A stretch of DNA of 64,000 nt. Origin: Arenicellales bacterium (lineage in GTDB: Bacteria > Pseudomonadota > Gammaproteobacteria > Arenicellales > JAJDZL01). The DNA is taken from assembly GCA_965214615.1 (NCBI GenBank), contig OZ243952.1, positions 2,648,468 to 2,712,467 on the forward strand, read 5' to 3'. Both the position numbers and the translations under genes were made by a program. Of the stretch, positions 1 to 9,345 are shown piece after piece (the stretch's first letter is position 1; every line of letters begins with the position of its first letter). Below the pieces are notes generated by a model, which was given only the letters and a program-made list of their open reading frames with translations, was not told where the DNA came from and did no database searches.

Positions 1-2
1 CA

Positions 3-803
3 TCTTTTTTCTGGCAAGGCAAGATTCCGGCCAGCGCACTGTATACCGCGGCGCCTTTCGGCCTGACTGCGGTAGAGCACATGTCATGGATCTACCACGA
101 CGACGGCGGCGCGCTTTGGGACGAACTTTACGCGCCGCTCGGCGTCAAGCCGCTGCTGGCATCCAATACCAGCGTCGGCATGGGGGGATGGTTCAAAAAG
201 GAGATTCGCTCGCTCGACGATATTGCCGGCTTGAAGTATCGCATGCCGGGACTTGGAGGCGATGTCATGAGAAGACTCGGCGCCGTGCCGGTTTCCATCG
301 CACCGCCCGAAATAGCCAACTCCCTTCAATCGGGAGTCGTAGATGCAGCCGAGTGGCTCGGGCCATGGGCTGATCTGGCCAAAGGCTTCTACAAGTTCGC
401 ACCATACTACTACGGTCCCGGTTTTCATGAACCCAACGGGGCAGCCGAACTGCTGGTCAACGCCGACATCTGGTCGGCTCTGCCTGACGACTTGCGCGCG
501 GTCATCGACAATGCATGCATCGCCGAACACGCCTACAGCCTTGCTCAGATCGAGTGGGCCAATCCGACCGCATTGGCGAAGCTTGAGGCGCAGCACGGGG
601 TTCATGTCCGCGTGTTTCCGGACAGCATCCTTGGCGCCGCACGCAAAGCGGTTGACGATGTATTCGACGATTTGGCCCAAAAGGACGAAATCACAGCGCG
701 AATTGTCGGATCCTACCGTTCCGCAAGAGACCGCTCCGTTGACTGGAGCAACTCAAGCCTGCTGCCATTTCTAAAGGCGCGCGCCTCGTCGCCGGTTTCG
801 TAG
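3..803 (+). CDS. TRAP-type (DctP/COG4663-like) periplasmic solute-binding protein, 5' end cut by the window edge
   Basis: The frame is open from nt 3 (SFFWQGKIPASALYTAAPFGLTAVEH-MSWIY...), so the listed ATG at 81 is internal. GGWFKKEI...GLKYRMPGLGG...AAEWLGPWAD...GFYKFAPYYY are typical of this binding-protein family. Confidence 0.75.
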   Translation, partial: SFFWQGKIPASALYTAAPFGLTAVEHMSWIYHDDGGALWDELYAPLGVKPLLASNTSVGMGGWFKKEIRSLDDIAGLKYRMPGLGGDVMRRLGAVPVSIAPPEIANSLQSGVVDAAEWLGPWADLAKGFYKFAPYYYGPGFHEPNGAAELLVNADIWSALPDDLRAVIDNACIAEHAYSLAQIEWANPTALAKLEAQHGVHVRVFPDSILGAARKAVDDVFDDLAQKDEITARIVGSYRSARDRSVDWSNSSLLPFLKARASSPVS

Positions 804-814
804 CGCTATTTTCC

Positions 815-1549
815 ATGACAGCCCTGTCCGTTCAGTTGAATGCCTCGTTTGACAGCGTACAGGTGTTCGACGATTTTCGCCTGAACCTTGCGCCAGGCAA
901 AATCACCTGCCTACTCGGCAAGAGCGGCTCGGGCAAATCGACCCTGCTTCGGTTCATTGCAGGATTGCTGGCACCGGATGTCGCAAATGGCGAGGTGCGC
1001 ACAGGAGACAGTGCGCCGATCGCCGACCGGATCGCCTGGATGGCGCAGCAGGATCTTCTGCTTCCGTGGAAAACCGTGCTGGAAAATGTCATCCTGGGGG
1101 CGCGTCTTCGCAAAGAGCCGCTCGGGCCTGCCCGCAGCAAAGCCCGCTCGCTGCTTGCCGACGTAGACCTGGATGGTGCGCAGGATCTCTACCCGCATCA
1201 GCTTTCCGGCGGCATGCGCCAGCGCGCCGCATTGGCTCGCACCCTGATCGAGGAGCGGCCGGTGAACCTGCTAGACGAGCCATTCTCGTCGCTGGACGCG
1301 AGTACGCGCTATCAGCTGCAGGCACTCGCCTGCCGGCTTCTAGCGCATACGACAACACTGCTGGTGACCCACGACCCGATGGAGGCGCTGCGCGTCGCGG
1401 ATCGAATCTATGTGCTGCATGGTCAGCCGGCCCAGGTGCTTCAGGCTCTCGATCCGCCAGGGGTCACGCCGCGCGATCCGGTGCAGGCGCGATTCGGCGA
1501 GTCCTACACGCAGCTCATGCACCAGCTCAGCCACCCGCAATTCGTCTGA
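815..1549 (+). CDS. ABC transporter ATP-binding protein, NitT/TauT family (ThiZ-like)
   Basis: Walker A GKSGSGKST, signature LSGGMRQR, Walker B LLDEPFSSLD. The ATG lies 11 nt after the upstream stop. Confidence 0.9.
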   Translation: MTALSVQLNASFDSVQVFDDFRLNLAPGKITCLLGKSGSGKSTLLRFIAGLLAPDVANGEVRTGDSAPIADRIAWMAQQDLLLPWKTVLENVILGARLRKEPLGPARSKARSLLADVDLDGAQDLYPHQLSGGMRQRAALARTLIEERPVNLLDEPFSSLDASTRYQLQALACRLLAHTTTLLVTHDPMEALRVADRIYVLHGQPAQVLQALDPPGVTPRDPVQARFGESYTQLMHQLSHPQFV

Positions 1550-1550
1550 C

Positions 1551-2291
1551 ATGGGATACCGGCTAGTCGTCATTTGCGCCGGCCTGATCGCAGTCTGGCA
1601 ATGCGTGGTCTGGCTGACACAGTCTCCGCCCTATATTCTGCCGGAACCCTATCTGGTTCTTACGGCACTGATTGCCAACTTTGAGCTGATCATGTTTCAC
1701 GCCGCAGTGACGGTCGCTGAGATCGTGATGGGCCTTGCCTTAGGGTGCATATTCGGATTGGTCAGCGCAATGGTGATTTTTCAGTATCGGAAAGTCCGCG
1801 GCTGGCTGCTGCCGGTGCTCGTCGCTTCGCAGGCGGTGCCTGTATTTGCCATTGCACCGGTTCTGATGCTCTGGCTCGGCTACGGCATGGCATCCAAGGT
1901 GGCCATGGCAACATTGATCATTTATTTTCCGGTGACTGCGGCGCTGTATGACGGGCTGCGATCAACCGAGCAGGGATGGATCGACATGGCCGTTATCATG
2001 GGCGCCTCCCGCCGATCGGCGCTGAAGCACATTCGCCTTCCGGCCGCACTGCCGTCGCTGGCTTCAGGTCTGCGAATCGCAGCCGCTGTCGCTCCGATTG
2101 GCGCAGTAGTCGGAGAATGGGTCGGCTCAAGCACCGGACTTGGCTACCTGATGCTTCACGCAAATGCCCGAACCGAAGTTGATCTGATGTTTGCCGCCTT
2201 GCTGACGCTGGCTGCGGCCGCAGTGATTCTGTATTTCTCCATCGACTTTGCGATGAAGAAAATCGTTTTTTGGAACCCCAGCCACAACTGA
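1551..2291 (+). CDS. ABC transporter permease, NitT/TauT family (ThiX-like)
   Basis: ATG at 1551 (MGYRLVVICAGL...) sits 1 nt after the ATPase stop. The product is a multi-pass hydrophobic protein. The listed start at 1410 would overlap the ATPase gene by 140 nt and gives a non-membrane-like N-terminus. Confidence 0.85.
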   Translation: MGYRLVVICAGLIAVWQCVVWLTQSPPYILPEPYLVLTALIANFELIMFHAAVTVAEIVMGLALGCIFGLVSAMVIFQYRKVRGWLLPVLVASQAVPVFAIAPVLMLWLGYGMASKVAMATLIIYFPVTAALYDGLRSTEQGWIDMAVIMGASRRSALKHIRLPAALPSLASGLRIAAAVAPIGAVVGEWVGSSTGLGYLMLHANARTEVDLMFAALLTLAAAAVILYFSIDFAMKKIVFWNPSHN

Positions 2292-2307
2292 CACAGGACA
2301 AGTACTC

Positions 2308-3255
2308 ATGAGAATTATTTATGCCATTGCCGTTGCGCTCGCGATATTCACGGCCGTCCCGGCGCATGCCGCGCAAAAAATCGTCGTCGCACTTGAATGG
2401 TATGTCAATCCGGATCATGGTCCGCTCATCATTGCCGAGCAGCAGGGCTACTTCGCCGAGGCGGGCCTGGAAGTCGAGCTGATCGCTCCCGCCAATCCGA
2501 CCGATCCGCCGAAGCTGGCAGCTGCCGGGGAGGCGGACATTGCGCTGTACTACCAGCCGCAGCTGCACCTGCTGGTCGAAAGCGGATTGCCTATTGTGCG
2601 CGTAGGAACCCTGATCGCGACACCATTGAATTGCATCGTGGTGCGCGAGGACTCCGAGATATTCGGGATTGGCGACCTGGAAGGGAAAAAGATCGGATTT
2701 TCAGTTGCCGGCTTCGAAGACATTCTGCTTGAAGCCGCACTGGAGAATTATTCGGTGCCACCATCCAGTATTGAAATGATCAATGTCAACTTCTCTCTTT
2801 CGCCATCGCTGATGTCGGGGCAGGTTGACGCGGTCATTGGCGCATACCGCAATTTTGAATTGCACCAGATGGATCTGAACAACGTGCCCGGCCGCGCATT
2901 CTATCTTGAGGAGATCGGCATCCCGGCATATGACGAACTGATCTACATCGTCAATACCGACTCGGTGCAGCGTCCAGAGATAAGAAAGTTCATTGATGCG
3001 ACCGAACGCGCGGTCCAATTTATTGTGAACCATCCGGATCGCGGCTGGCAGGACTTCGTCGAATACGATCCGAAATTGGATAACGAATTGAATCGCCGGG
3101 CGTGGTATGACACGATACCCAGATTCGCGCTTAGGCCCGGTGCGCTGGACGCCGCACGCTATGACGCGTTCGCGGCATTCCTTCATGAGCGCGGACTGCT
3201 CGGGCAAATCGCGCCTGTCGGAAACTACGCCGTCGAATTGCCTTCGGCGCACTAG
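2308..3255 (+). CDS. ABC transporter periplasmic substrate-binding protein, NMT1/THI5-like (ThiY-like)
   Basis: Signal peptide MRIIYAIAVALAIFTAVPAHA. The KIVVALEWYVNPDHGPLIIAEQQGYF block is typical of NMT1/THI5-type binding proteins. Confidence 0.85.
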   Translation: MRIIYAIAVALAIFTAVPAHAAQKIVVALEWYVNPDHGPLIIAEQQGYFAEAGLEVELIAPANPTDPPKLAAAGEADIALYYQPQLHLLVESGLPIVRVGTLIATPLNCIVVREDSEIFGIGDLEGKKIGFSVAGFEDILLEAALENYSVPPSSIEMINVNFSLSPSLMSGQVDAVIGAYRNFELHQMDLNNVPGRAFYLEEIGIPAYDELIYIVNTDSVQRPEIRKFIDATERAVQFIVNHPDRGWQDFVEYDPKLDNELNRRAWYDTIPRFALRPGALDAARYDAFAAFLHERGLLGQIAPVGNYAVELPSAH

Positions 3256-3264
3256 GCGCGCAAG

Positions 3265-3471
3265 CTACTGCAATGCGATGGTGTCGGTGACTTCGTGCTC
3301 GACACCGGCTTGCTCGACCACCAGAGTGACTTTCGCATTCAAGGTCTCGGACCCTGTCAGTTCGCCGGATTGAATTTTCTCGCGCACCGCCTGTTCGATT
3401 GCCCGTTGCGACTGGATGCCGACCTTTTTCAGGAATTTGCGGATCTGGAGGTTGAATTCATCTTCGTTCAT
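3265..3471 (-). CDS. small conserved hypothetical protein (DUF6494-like)
   Basis: MNEDEFNLQIRKFLKKVGIQSQRAIEQAVREKIQSGEL... is protein-like. An AAGGTG Shine-Dalgarno lies about 8 nt upstream of the ATG at 3471. The overlapping plus-strand ORF is compositionally implausible. Confidence 0.55.
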   Translation of the reverse strand: MNEDEFNLQIRKFLKKVGIQSQRAIEQAVREKIQSGELTGSETLNAKVTLVVEQAGVEHEVTDTIALQ

Positions 3472-4509
3472 GCGCACACCTTGGGTTTCGGTTGTTGATT
3501 CAGACTGCAGCAGAGCCTGTTTCAGGATGCAACAGATGCCGTAAATTATTCGTCACTCGGCAATTGTACTTGGGGTTGGGAAGAAGCGACCTGTTAGTTT
3601 CAATCGTTTCATGCGTCCACTCCTTACTCCGAAGAATGTTTACGCCGTTCAATCGGCATGCAAAGTGGAGTACGACAATACTGCGCCGATACTGAGTGCT
3701 GCGCAACCGAATGCTGCTCATGGGAGTCGACGAGCACGGCGTCAAGCGCCTAGTGGTGATCGAAGACGGCATGCGCGAATCGATCGAGATCTTCAAGGCG
3801 CCGGTCTGGAGTGGAAAAGGTCGTTCGAGGCGGCAGCTGCGAATCTACGCGCGCCGCCCGGATGAAATCATCGGTGACGCTACAAACCCTGCGAAACAAG
3901 GCCGAGACGGTTGCGTTCGGGTAAAAAACGTGAAAATGCCGTTTTGACGTGCCAGGCAGCGAGAACTGAGTCAAATCTTGCGCGATTTGCGCAAAATCCG
4001 CCGCGATTGGTATCATTGCGCCCGAAATCAGCCTCCGGCAAACCGTAATAATACGAAAATTAACGATTCGGCAATGTTGGTGAGAAATGCGGGCTAATTG
4101 ATGACATCGATGACCGCACAGATCCTGGCGAGACAGTAAGCGCCATATTAAACGGCACCTCTTCGCTTCGCGCGAGCACAAAGTAGCGGAGAATGAAGCT
4201 GGAATCCTTAGCCAAGCGAGTAATGATATCCAAAGGCTATCTGTTGCAATTTGTGAATCGTCGTAAACCGGGCACTCTGGGAATCTATCGTCGCATATCG
4301 ATTTCTCCGGATTTCGCAATGGATGATTTGGCCGACTGATCGAAATTACGGTGATGGTATTATGCCTTCAGTATTTTCGGTCGCATCGAATCGACATACT
4401 AAAAACACACTTCACGGGCTTATACGAAGTCTAGAAAATCGTGCCGAGACAGATTTAGATTCGATACCGGACACCTACTCCAACGGTCCGTTCCTATGGT
4501 TGCAGTGAA

Positions 4510-5988
4510 ATGACTAAAGAAAAAATACACAGCATCTGGAATCCAGACATTGGAGTGACTGATCTTGCCGACAATCTATATGGTTTTAAGTCACCTGAAC
4601 TAAAGGGGATACGGTCGATTTGGAAGAATCAGCAGGAAACACTCAAGAACACGGCACAGCTAGAGGAGTTTGTAGAAAGAGGGTCTCGAGAGTGGGCAAT
4701 AGAAACAGGAATCATTGAAAATCTATACGACATTGACCGCGGAATAACGCAAACATTGATTGAACACGGGTTTCAGGCGGATATTCCCAGATTTGATTCA
4801 AATGGAACGCCTAAGGAATATGTTCTGCGATTACTGCGAGACCAAAAAGAAGCATTGGACGGCGTGTTCGATTTTGTAAAGGGCAGCCGCAATCTTTCGA
4901 CCTCATACATCAAGGAACTGCACGCCATACTTTTGAAAAGTCAGGAAACAACCGAGGCTTTAGATTCACTGGGAAAAAGCACCGACGTGAGTTTGATCAA
5001 AGGTGATTGGAAGCGGCAGCCCAACCATCCGACGCGGGGAGAAGTCACATATCAATATTGTCCGCCGGAACAAGTTTCAAGCGAAATGGACCGGTTAATG
5101 AAAATCCATTCCGATCATATCTCGAATGATGTTGAAAGCGTAGTCATGGCAGCATGGCTTCATCACCGATTTACACAGATTCACCCTTTTCAAGATGGCA
5201 ACGGGCGAGTTGCCAGATCATTGGCCTCACTGGTATTTATCCAAGATGGGCTTTTCCCGCTTGTCGTGCATAGAGACTATAGGAAGAAGTACCTCGATGC
5301 CCTTGAAATCGCTGATGCCAATGACTTGATGCCGTTGATAAAGCTGTTTATTATTCTGCAGACCGCCCAATTCAGGAAAGCCGCCTACATTTCAGAGGGG
5401 CTCTTGGCTGAAGACGATATTACAAGGGTCTTGGATCGTCTCGACGAAAAAGCCAGGCAAATTCGCGAACAACAATCGGAAGAATTCAAAAAGGTGTTTT
5501 TTCTCGCAAACGCATTGGAAAATAATATTCTAGACCGCCTAGAAGAAATCCGAGCCCGCATTTATGACCCTCTGGAGCAAATTGCTGGTAACGCATCGGT
5601 ATTCGTGAACCGTTCAGATGAATCCAACGACTACTATTTTCGACACGAAATCATCAAGAATGCGAATGAATATTTGCACTATTTCGCCGACACATCCGAG
5701 TATCGCTCCTGGGTATCGATTAACATGAGATGGTCTACGCGCAACGCGCGGCTCGTTTTTACGCTGCATGGGCTTGGCAAACCATTCAACGGAAGTTTGA
5801 TCTGCTCTCCATTCCTAGAGTTTAGAGATAAGGATGACGAAGAAATTCAGACGACATTTGTTCCGATTGCGGAAGAAGGGTTTGTCTTCTTCTATACAGA
5901 GGAACAAATCGAACTCCTAACTCGGTTTGATGTTTGGCGCGACAATGTGCTAAAGGTTGCTGTCGCAGAGCTAACCCTGAATCTATAG
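4510..5988 (+). CDS. Fic/DOC family protein (putative AMPylase) with an N-terminal auto-inhibitory motif and an unassigned C-terminal domain
   Basis: Canonical Fic core HPFQDGNGRVAR at nt 5182-5217. TGIIEN (nt 4705-4722) fits [ST]xxxE[GN]. The gene is visibly AT-richer than its flanks. Confidence 0.9.
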   Translation: MTKEKIHSIWNPDIGVTDLADNLYGFKSPELKGIRSIWKNQQETLKNTAQLEEFVERGSREWAIETGIIENLYDIDRGITQTLIEHGFQADIPRFDSNGTPKEYVLRLLRDQKEALDGVFDFVKGSRNLSTSYIKELHAILLKSQETTEALDSLGKSTDVSLIKGDWKRQPNHPTRGEVTYQYCPPEQVSSEMDRLMKIHSDHISNDVESVVMAAWLHHRFTQIHPFQDGNGRVARSLASLVFIQDGLFPLVVHRDYRKKYLDALEIADANDLMPLIKLFIILQTAQFRKAAYISEGLLAEDDITRVLDRLDEKARQIREQQSEEFKKVFFLANALENNILDRLEEIRARIYDPLEQIAGNASVFVNRSDESNDYYFRHEIIKNANEYLHYFADTSEYRSWVSINMRWSTRNARLVFTLHGLGKPFNGSLICSPFLEFRDKDDEEIQTTFVPIAEEGFVFFYTEEQIELLTRFDVWRDNVLKVAVAELTLNL

Positions 5989-5998
5989 ACTATCAAGT

Positions 5999-7282
5999 GT
6001 GTCTGATTCACAGATTTTGAACAAAGCACCGCCAATTCCTGCCGACTGCTTTGATCCGAGATCGGGGCTCGTACCGATCGCGGATGCCGAGCGCATCATT
6101 TTGGACAGCGTCGCTGCTTCATCACGCACCGAAGTCGTTCAGCTATCCGATTGCCTCAACCGGGTATTGGCCCGCCCGGCACATGCGGCAATCGATGTTC
6201 CGCCGCATGCCAACGCCGCAATGGACGGCTTTGCCTTGGCCGGCAAGTCCCTGCCTTCGCAAGGCGTCAGGCATTTCAAGATTGCCGGCACTGCGTACGC
6301 AGGCAAGCCGTGGACCTCGCCCTGCCCCGAAGGACAGACAGTCCGCGTAATGACCGGAGCCGTCATGCCTGACGGCACCGACACCGTAGTCATTCAGGAG
6401 GATGTAGCCGTAAGTGACGGTACGGCCGTCATTGGCAGCGGTCGGCAACCGCATCAAAATGTGCGTCATGCCGGCGAAGATCTGCGGTTCGGCTCAGTGG
6501 CGCTGGATGCAGGGACGCGGCTGGGTCCGGCCGACCTGGGCGTTCTGGCATCATTAGGTGCCGGCCGGGTCGAAGTCTTCCGTCAGCCGGTCGCAGCAGT
6601 ATTTTCAACCGGCGACGAACTCAGAACGGCAGGAGAACCGCTTGACAAAGGGCAAATCTACGATAGCAACCGCTATGTGCTGCTTGCGCTGCTGCAGCAA
6701 TCAGGGATCAAGACGCTGGACCTCGGAGTCATTCCCGACAATCCGGAACAAACGCGGCTCGCACTGGAACAGGCAAGCAAGTCCGCAGATGTGATCATTA
6801 GCTCCGGAGGCGTTTCAACCGGCAGTGCGGACTATGTGATCAATACCCTGCGGGAACTGGGAGATCTGAATCTTTGGAGAATCGCGATCCGACCGGGCCG
6901 CCCGCTCGCGTTCGGACGAATCGGCGACGCGATTTTTTTCGGCCTGCCGGGAAATCCCGTCGCAGTGATGGTCACCTTCTATCGTCTTGTACAGCCTTCG
7001 CTGCGTAAATTGCGAGGAGAAGCCGAACTCGACCCGCCTCCTACAATGCAGGCGCGCGCAGCGACGCGCTTTCGCAAGAAGCCAAATCGCGCAGAAGTCT
7101 ACCGTGCGATACTTACTGAGGACGAAGACGGCAATGCGACCGTTGCAAGCACCGGCCAGCAAGGTTCGGGACTGCTGAGCAGCATGTCCCGGGCCAATTG
7201 CTTTGTACTCCTGGACGACGAAGAACAAACCGCAGAACCGGGCGATATGGTAAAGGTCCAGCTGTTCGAAGGGATTTTCTAA
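5999..7282 (+). CDS. moeA: molybdopterin molybdenumtransferase MoeA
   Basis: Full-length MoeA-like sequence (MDGFAL, VMTGAVMP.G.DTVV, SSGGVS.G..D, PGNPV). GTG start at 5999. The exact start is uncertain because no in-frame ATG occurs before MDGF. Confidence 0.88.
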   Translation: MSDSQILNKAPPIPADCFDPRSGLVPIADAERIILDSVAASSRTEVVQLSDCLNRVLARPAHAAIDVPPHANAAMDGFALAGKSLPSQGVRHFKIAGTAYAGKPWTSPCPEGQTVRVMTGAVMPDGTDTVVIQEDVAVSDGTAVIGSGRQPHQNVRHAGEDLRFGSVALDAGTRLGPADLGVLASLGAGRVEVFRQPVAAVFSTGDELRTAGEPLDKGQIYDSNRYVLLALLQQSGIKTLDLGVIPDNPEQTRLALEQASKSADVIISSGGVSTGSADYVINTLRELGDLNLWRIAIRPGRPLAFGRIGDAIFFGLPGNPVAVMVTFYRLVQPSLRKLRGEAELDPPPTMQARAATRFRKKPNRAEVYRAILTEDEDGNATVASTGQQGSGLLSSMSRANCFVLLDDEEQTAEPGDMVKVQLFEGIF

Positions 7283-7456
7283 AGGCGCATAATCTGCAAC
7301 GGCAAAGCACCGCAGCCGCAGCGCGATGCCGACTCGGGTGCGACTGTCATCAAAAGCGGATGCGATTTTAATTTGAACTGAATAAGCCCAATGCTGTATT
7401 TTAGGCTGTATGTTCCTGTAAGCAGTCGAACCGCGACTTGGAGCCAATGCGAAAAT

Positions 7457-7492
7457 CGCCGCTGCCGATCATTCGGCGGGTGGCGGGTTTTT
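7457..7492 (+). terminator. terminator-like hairpin plus T5 tract in the leader of the first binding-protein gene
   Basis: CGCC-G-CTGCCGA tcat TCGGCGG-GT-GGCG gives about 11 bp with one internal loop, followed by GGTTTTT. It ends 32 nt before the ATG at 7525. Confidence 0.45.
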
Positions 7493-7524
7493 GCCAATGA
7501 CGGACCCGCAACAAGGGAGGAGTT

Positions 7525-9117
7525 ATGAAAACAATAAAGCAATCGGCAATCGATCCGATGAATCGCAATATATCGCGACGTAATTTTATCAAAACCACAG
7601 GCGCAGCCGGTCTGGCCGGCGCTGTGCCAGGGCTGTTTGTCGGTTCATCAGCGTTCGCTGCAACCCCGACGCACGGCGGACATCTGCGTGTCGCAACGGT
7701 GCAGGGGTCGTCAACCGATGCACTGGACCCGATTCGTCTCACAAGCGGACATTCGAATTTCATGTTCTCCACATTCCACAACGCGCTGACCGAAGTGGCG
7801 CCCGACGGACAGCTTGTTCCTCTGGTTGCCGAGTCATACGAGGCTGGTGCCGATCCTTCCGAATGGGTCTTCAAGCTGCGCCAGGATGTCACGTTCCACA
7901 ATGGCAAGTCAGTGACCGCGGACGATGTCATCGTCTCGCTCAACCGCCACAGAGGCGATGATTCGGAATCGTCGATGAAGTCGTTCATGAACGAAGTCGT
8001 ATCGATCACCAAGGATGGCGACAAGGTCGTGAAATTCAAGTTAAAGAGCGCCAGTGTCGACTTCCCGGTCGTTCTCAGCGCGAGCGTCCTATCCATTCTG
8101 CCGTCCAAGGACGGCGAGATCGCAGCCTTCGATGTCGGCTGCGGCGCCTACACGCTGGAAGAATTCGAACCGGGGCAGTACTCGCGATATGCGCGCAACC
8201 CGAACGACTTCCGGTCAGATCGCGGCTTTGCCGACACCGCCGAGATTATTACCATTGCCGATGCCGCTGCGCGCCAGAACGCTCTCGTAACCGGAGCGGT
8301 CGACGTAATCGGAGACGTGAACGCGACGACAGCCGGTCTGCTAGGGCGGGATAGCGAAATCGAAATTCTCGACATCACCAGTACGCAGCACTACACGTTC
8401 CCGATGCGCACGGATCTTGCGCCATTTGACAACAATGACGTGCGCATGGCTCTGAAGTTGTCGATTGACCGGGATATCGTACTTGATACGATTTTGAGCG
8501 GCTACGGCAGCCTGGGCAACGATCATCCGATCTCGCCGGCCAACCGCTACCACAATCATGAACTCGAGCAGCGGGTCTATGATCCGGAAAAAGCCAAATG
8601 GCATCTCAAGCAGGCTGGAATGAGCAATCTGAAATTGGAGTTGAGTGTTTCAGACAGCCTTTATGCAGGATGCGTCGATACCGCGGTGCTATTCAGCGAG
8701 CATGCCAAGGCATCGGGCATTGAATTGGTGCCCAAGCAGGTTCCGGATGACGGATACTGGTCCGATGTCTGGCTCAAGCATCCTTGGTGCGCAAGCTACT
8801 GGAGCGGGCGTCCCACGGAAGACTGGATGTTCACCCAGGGCTACTCGGCAGAATCGAACTGGAATGAAAGCTACTGGAAGAACGAACAGTTCAACCAGCT
8901 TCTGGTGGCAGCCCGGGCGGAACTGGACAGTGACAAGCGTCGGCAAATGTACTGGGAGATGCAGGCACTCACCCGCGACGACTGCGGATCTGTGATCCAT
9001 GCGTTCGCCAATCATATTTCTGCCCACAGATCCTCGGTCGGCGTACCCGACCAGGTGGCGGGCAACTGGGAATTCGACGGCTACAAGCTGATCGAACGCT
9101 GGTGGATCAATAGCTAG
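7525..9117 (+). CDS. ABC transporter substrate-binding protein, family 5 (Dpp/Opp/Nik type), Tat signal, paralogue 1
   Basis: GGGAGGAG Shine-Dalgarno. Twin-arginine leader SRRNFIKTTGAAGLAGA. The 530-aa product matches the family-5 SBP length and layout. Confidence 0.9.
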   Translation: MKTIKQSAIDPMNRNISRRNFIKTTGAAGLAGAVPGLFVGSSAFAATPTHGGHLRVATVQGSSTDALDPIRLTSGHSNFMFSTFHNALTEVAPDGQLVPLVAESYEAGADPSEWVFKLRQDVTFHNGKSVTADDVIVSLNRHRGDDSESSMKSFMNEVVSITKDGDKVVKFKLKSASVDFPVVLSASVLSILPSKDGEIAAFDVGCGAYTLEEFEPGQYSRYARNPNDFRSDRGFADTAEIITIADAAARQNALVTGAVDVIGDVNATTAGLLGRDSEIEILDITSTQHYTFPMRTDLAPFDNNDVRMALKLSIDRDIVLDTILSGYGSLGNDHPISPANRYHNHELEQRVYDPEKAKWHLKQAGMSNLKLELSVSDSLYAGCVDTAVLFSEHAKASGIELVPKQVPDDGYWSDVWLKHPWCASYWSGRPTEDWMFTQGYSAESNWNESYWKNEQFNQLLVAARAELDSDKRRQMYWEMQALTRDDCGSVIHAFANHISAHRSSVGVPDQVAGNWEFDGYKLIERWWINS

Positions 9118-9143
9118 CGCATCGTTGCCCGACCGAAGGCCAT

Positions 9144-9180
9144 GAGTCCGGCGGTATGCGAATTACGCCGGACTCGTTTT
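9144..9180 (+). terminator. rho-independent terminator after SBP paralogue 1
   Basis: Perfect 10-bp stem GAGTCCGGCG/CGCCGGACTC, 12-nt loop, then GTTTT. Confidence 0.7.
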
Positions 9181-9345
9181 GACCTTTCATTTGAAACTGC
9201 TATATTGGGGGTGCAACGGCATTCGGTCGATTATCCGACCGGCTTCGGCTACCCCGATTTTTTACCGACGGCAAATGCAACTGCGCTATGACCTTGGAAT
9301 GGCCAGACATTTGTGCATCAACCAAATTTGAGAGGACTGATTAGA

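Noticed and set aside
1410-1550. The listed upstream start (1410) for the ThiX-like permease. Similarly extended N-termini occur for the ORFs at 9313, 12519, 17189, 25418, 35294, 39193, 48934, 49771, 50634 and 55145.
   Set aside because: The extensions overlap upstream genes or add non-homologous, often Arg/Cys-rich residues. Internal ATG codons with better spacing, a Shine-Dalgarno or a signal peptide were preferred.
3696-3947. 83-aa ORF containing KRLVVIEDGMRESIEIF, reminiscent of the start of a response-regulator receiver domain.
   Set aside because: The similarity stops after about 15 residues. The rest is Arg-rich and lacks the conserved Asp and Lys positions. No ribosome-binding site is present.
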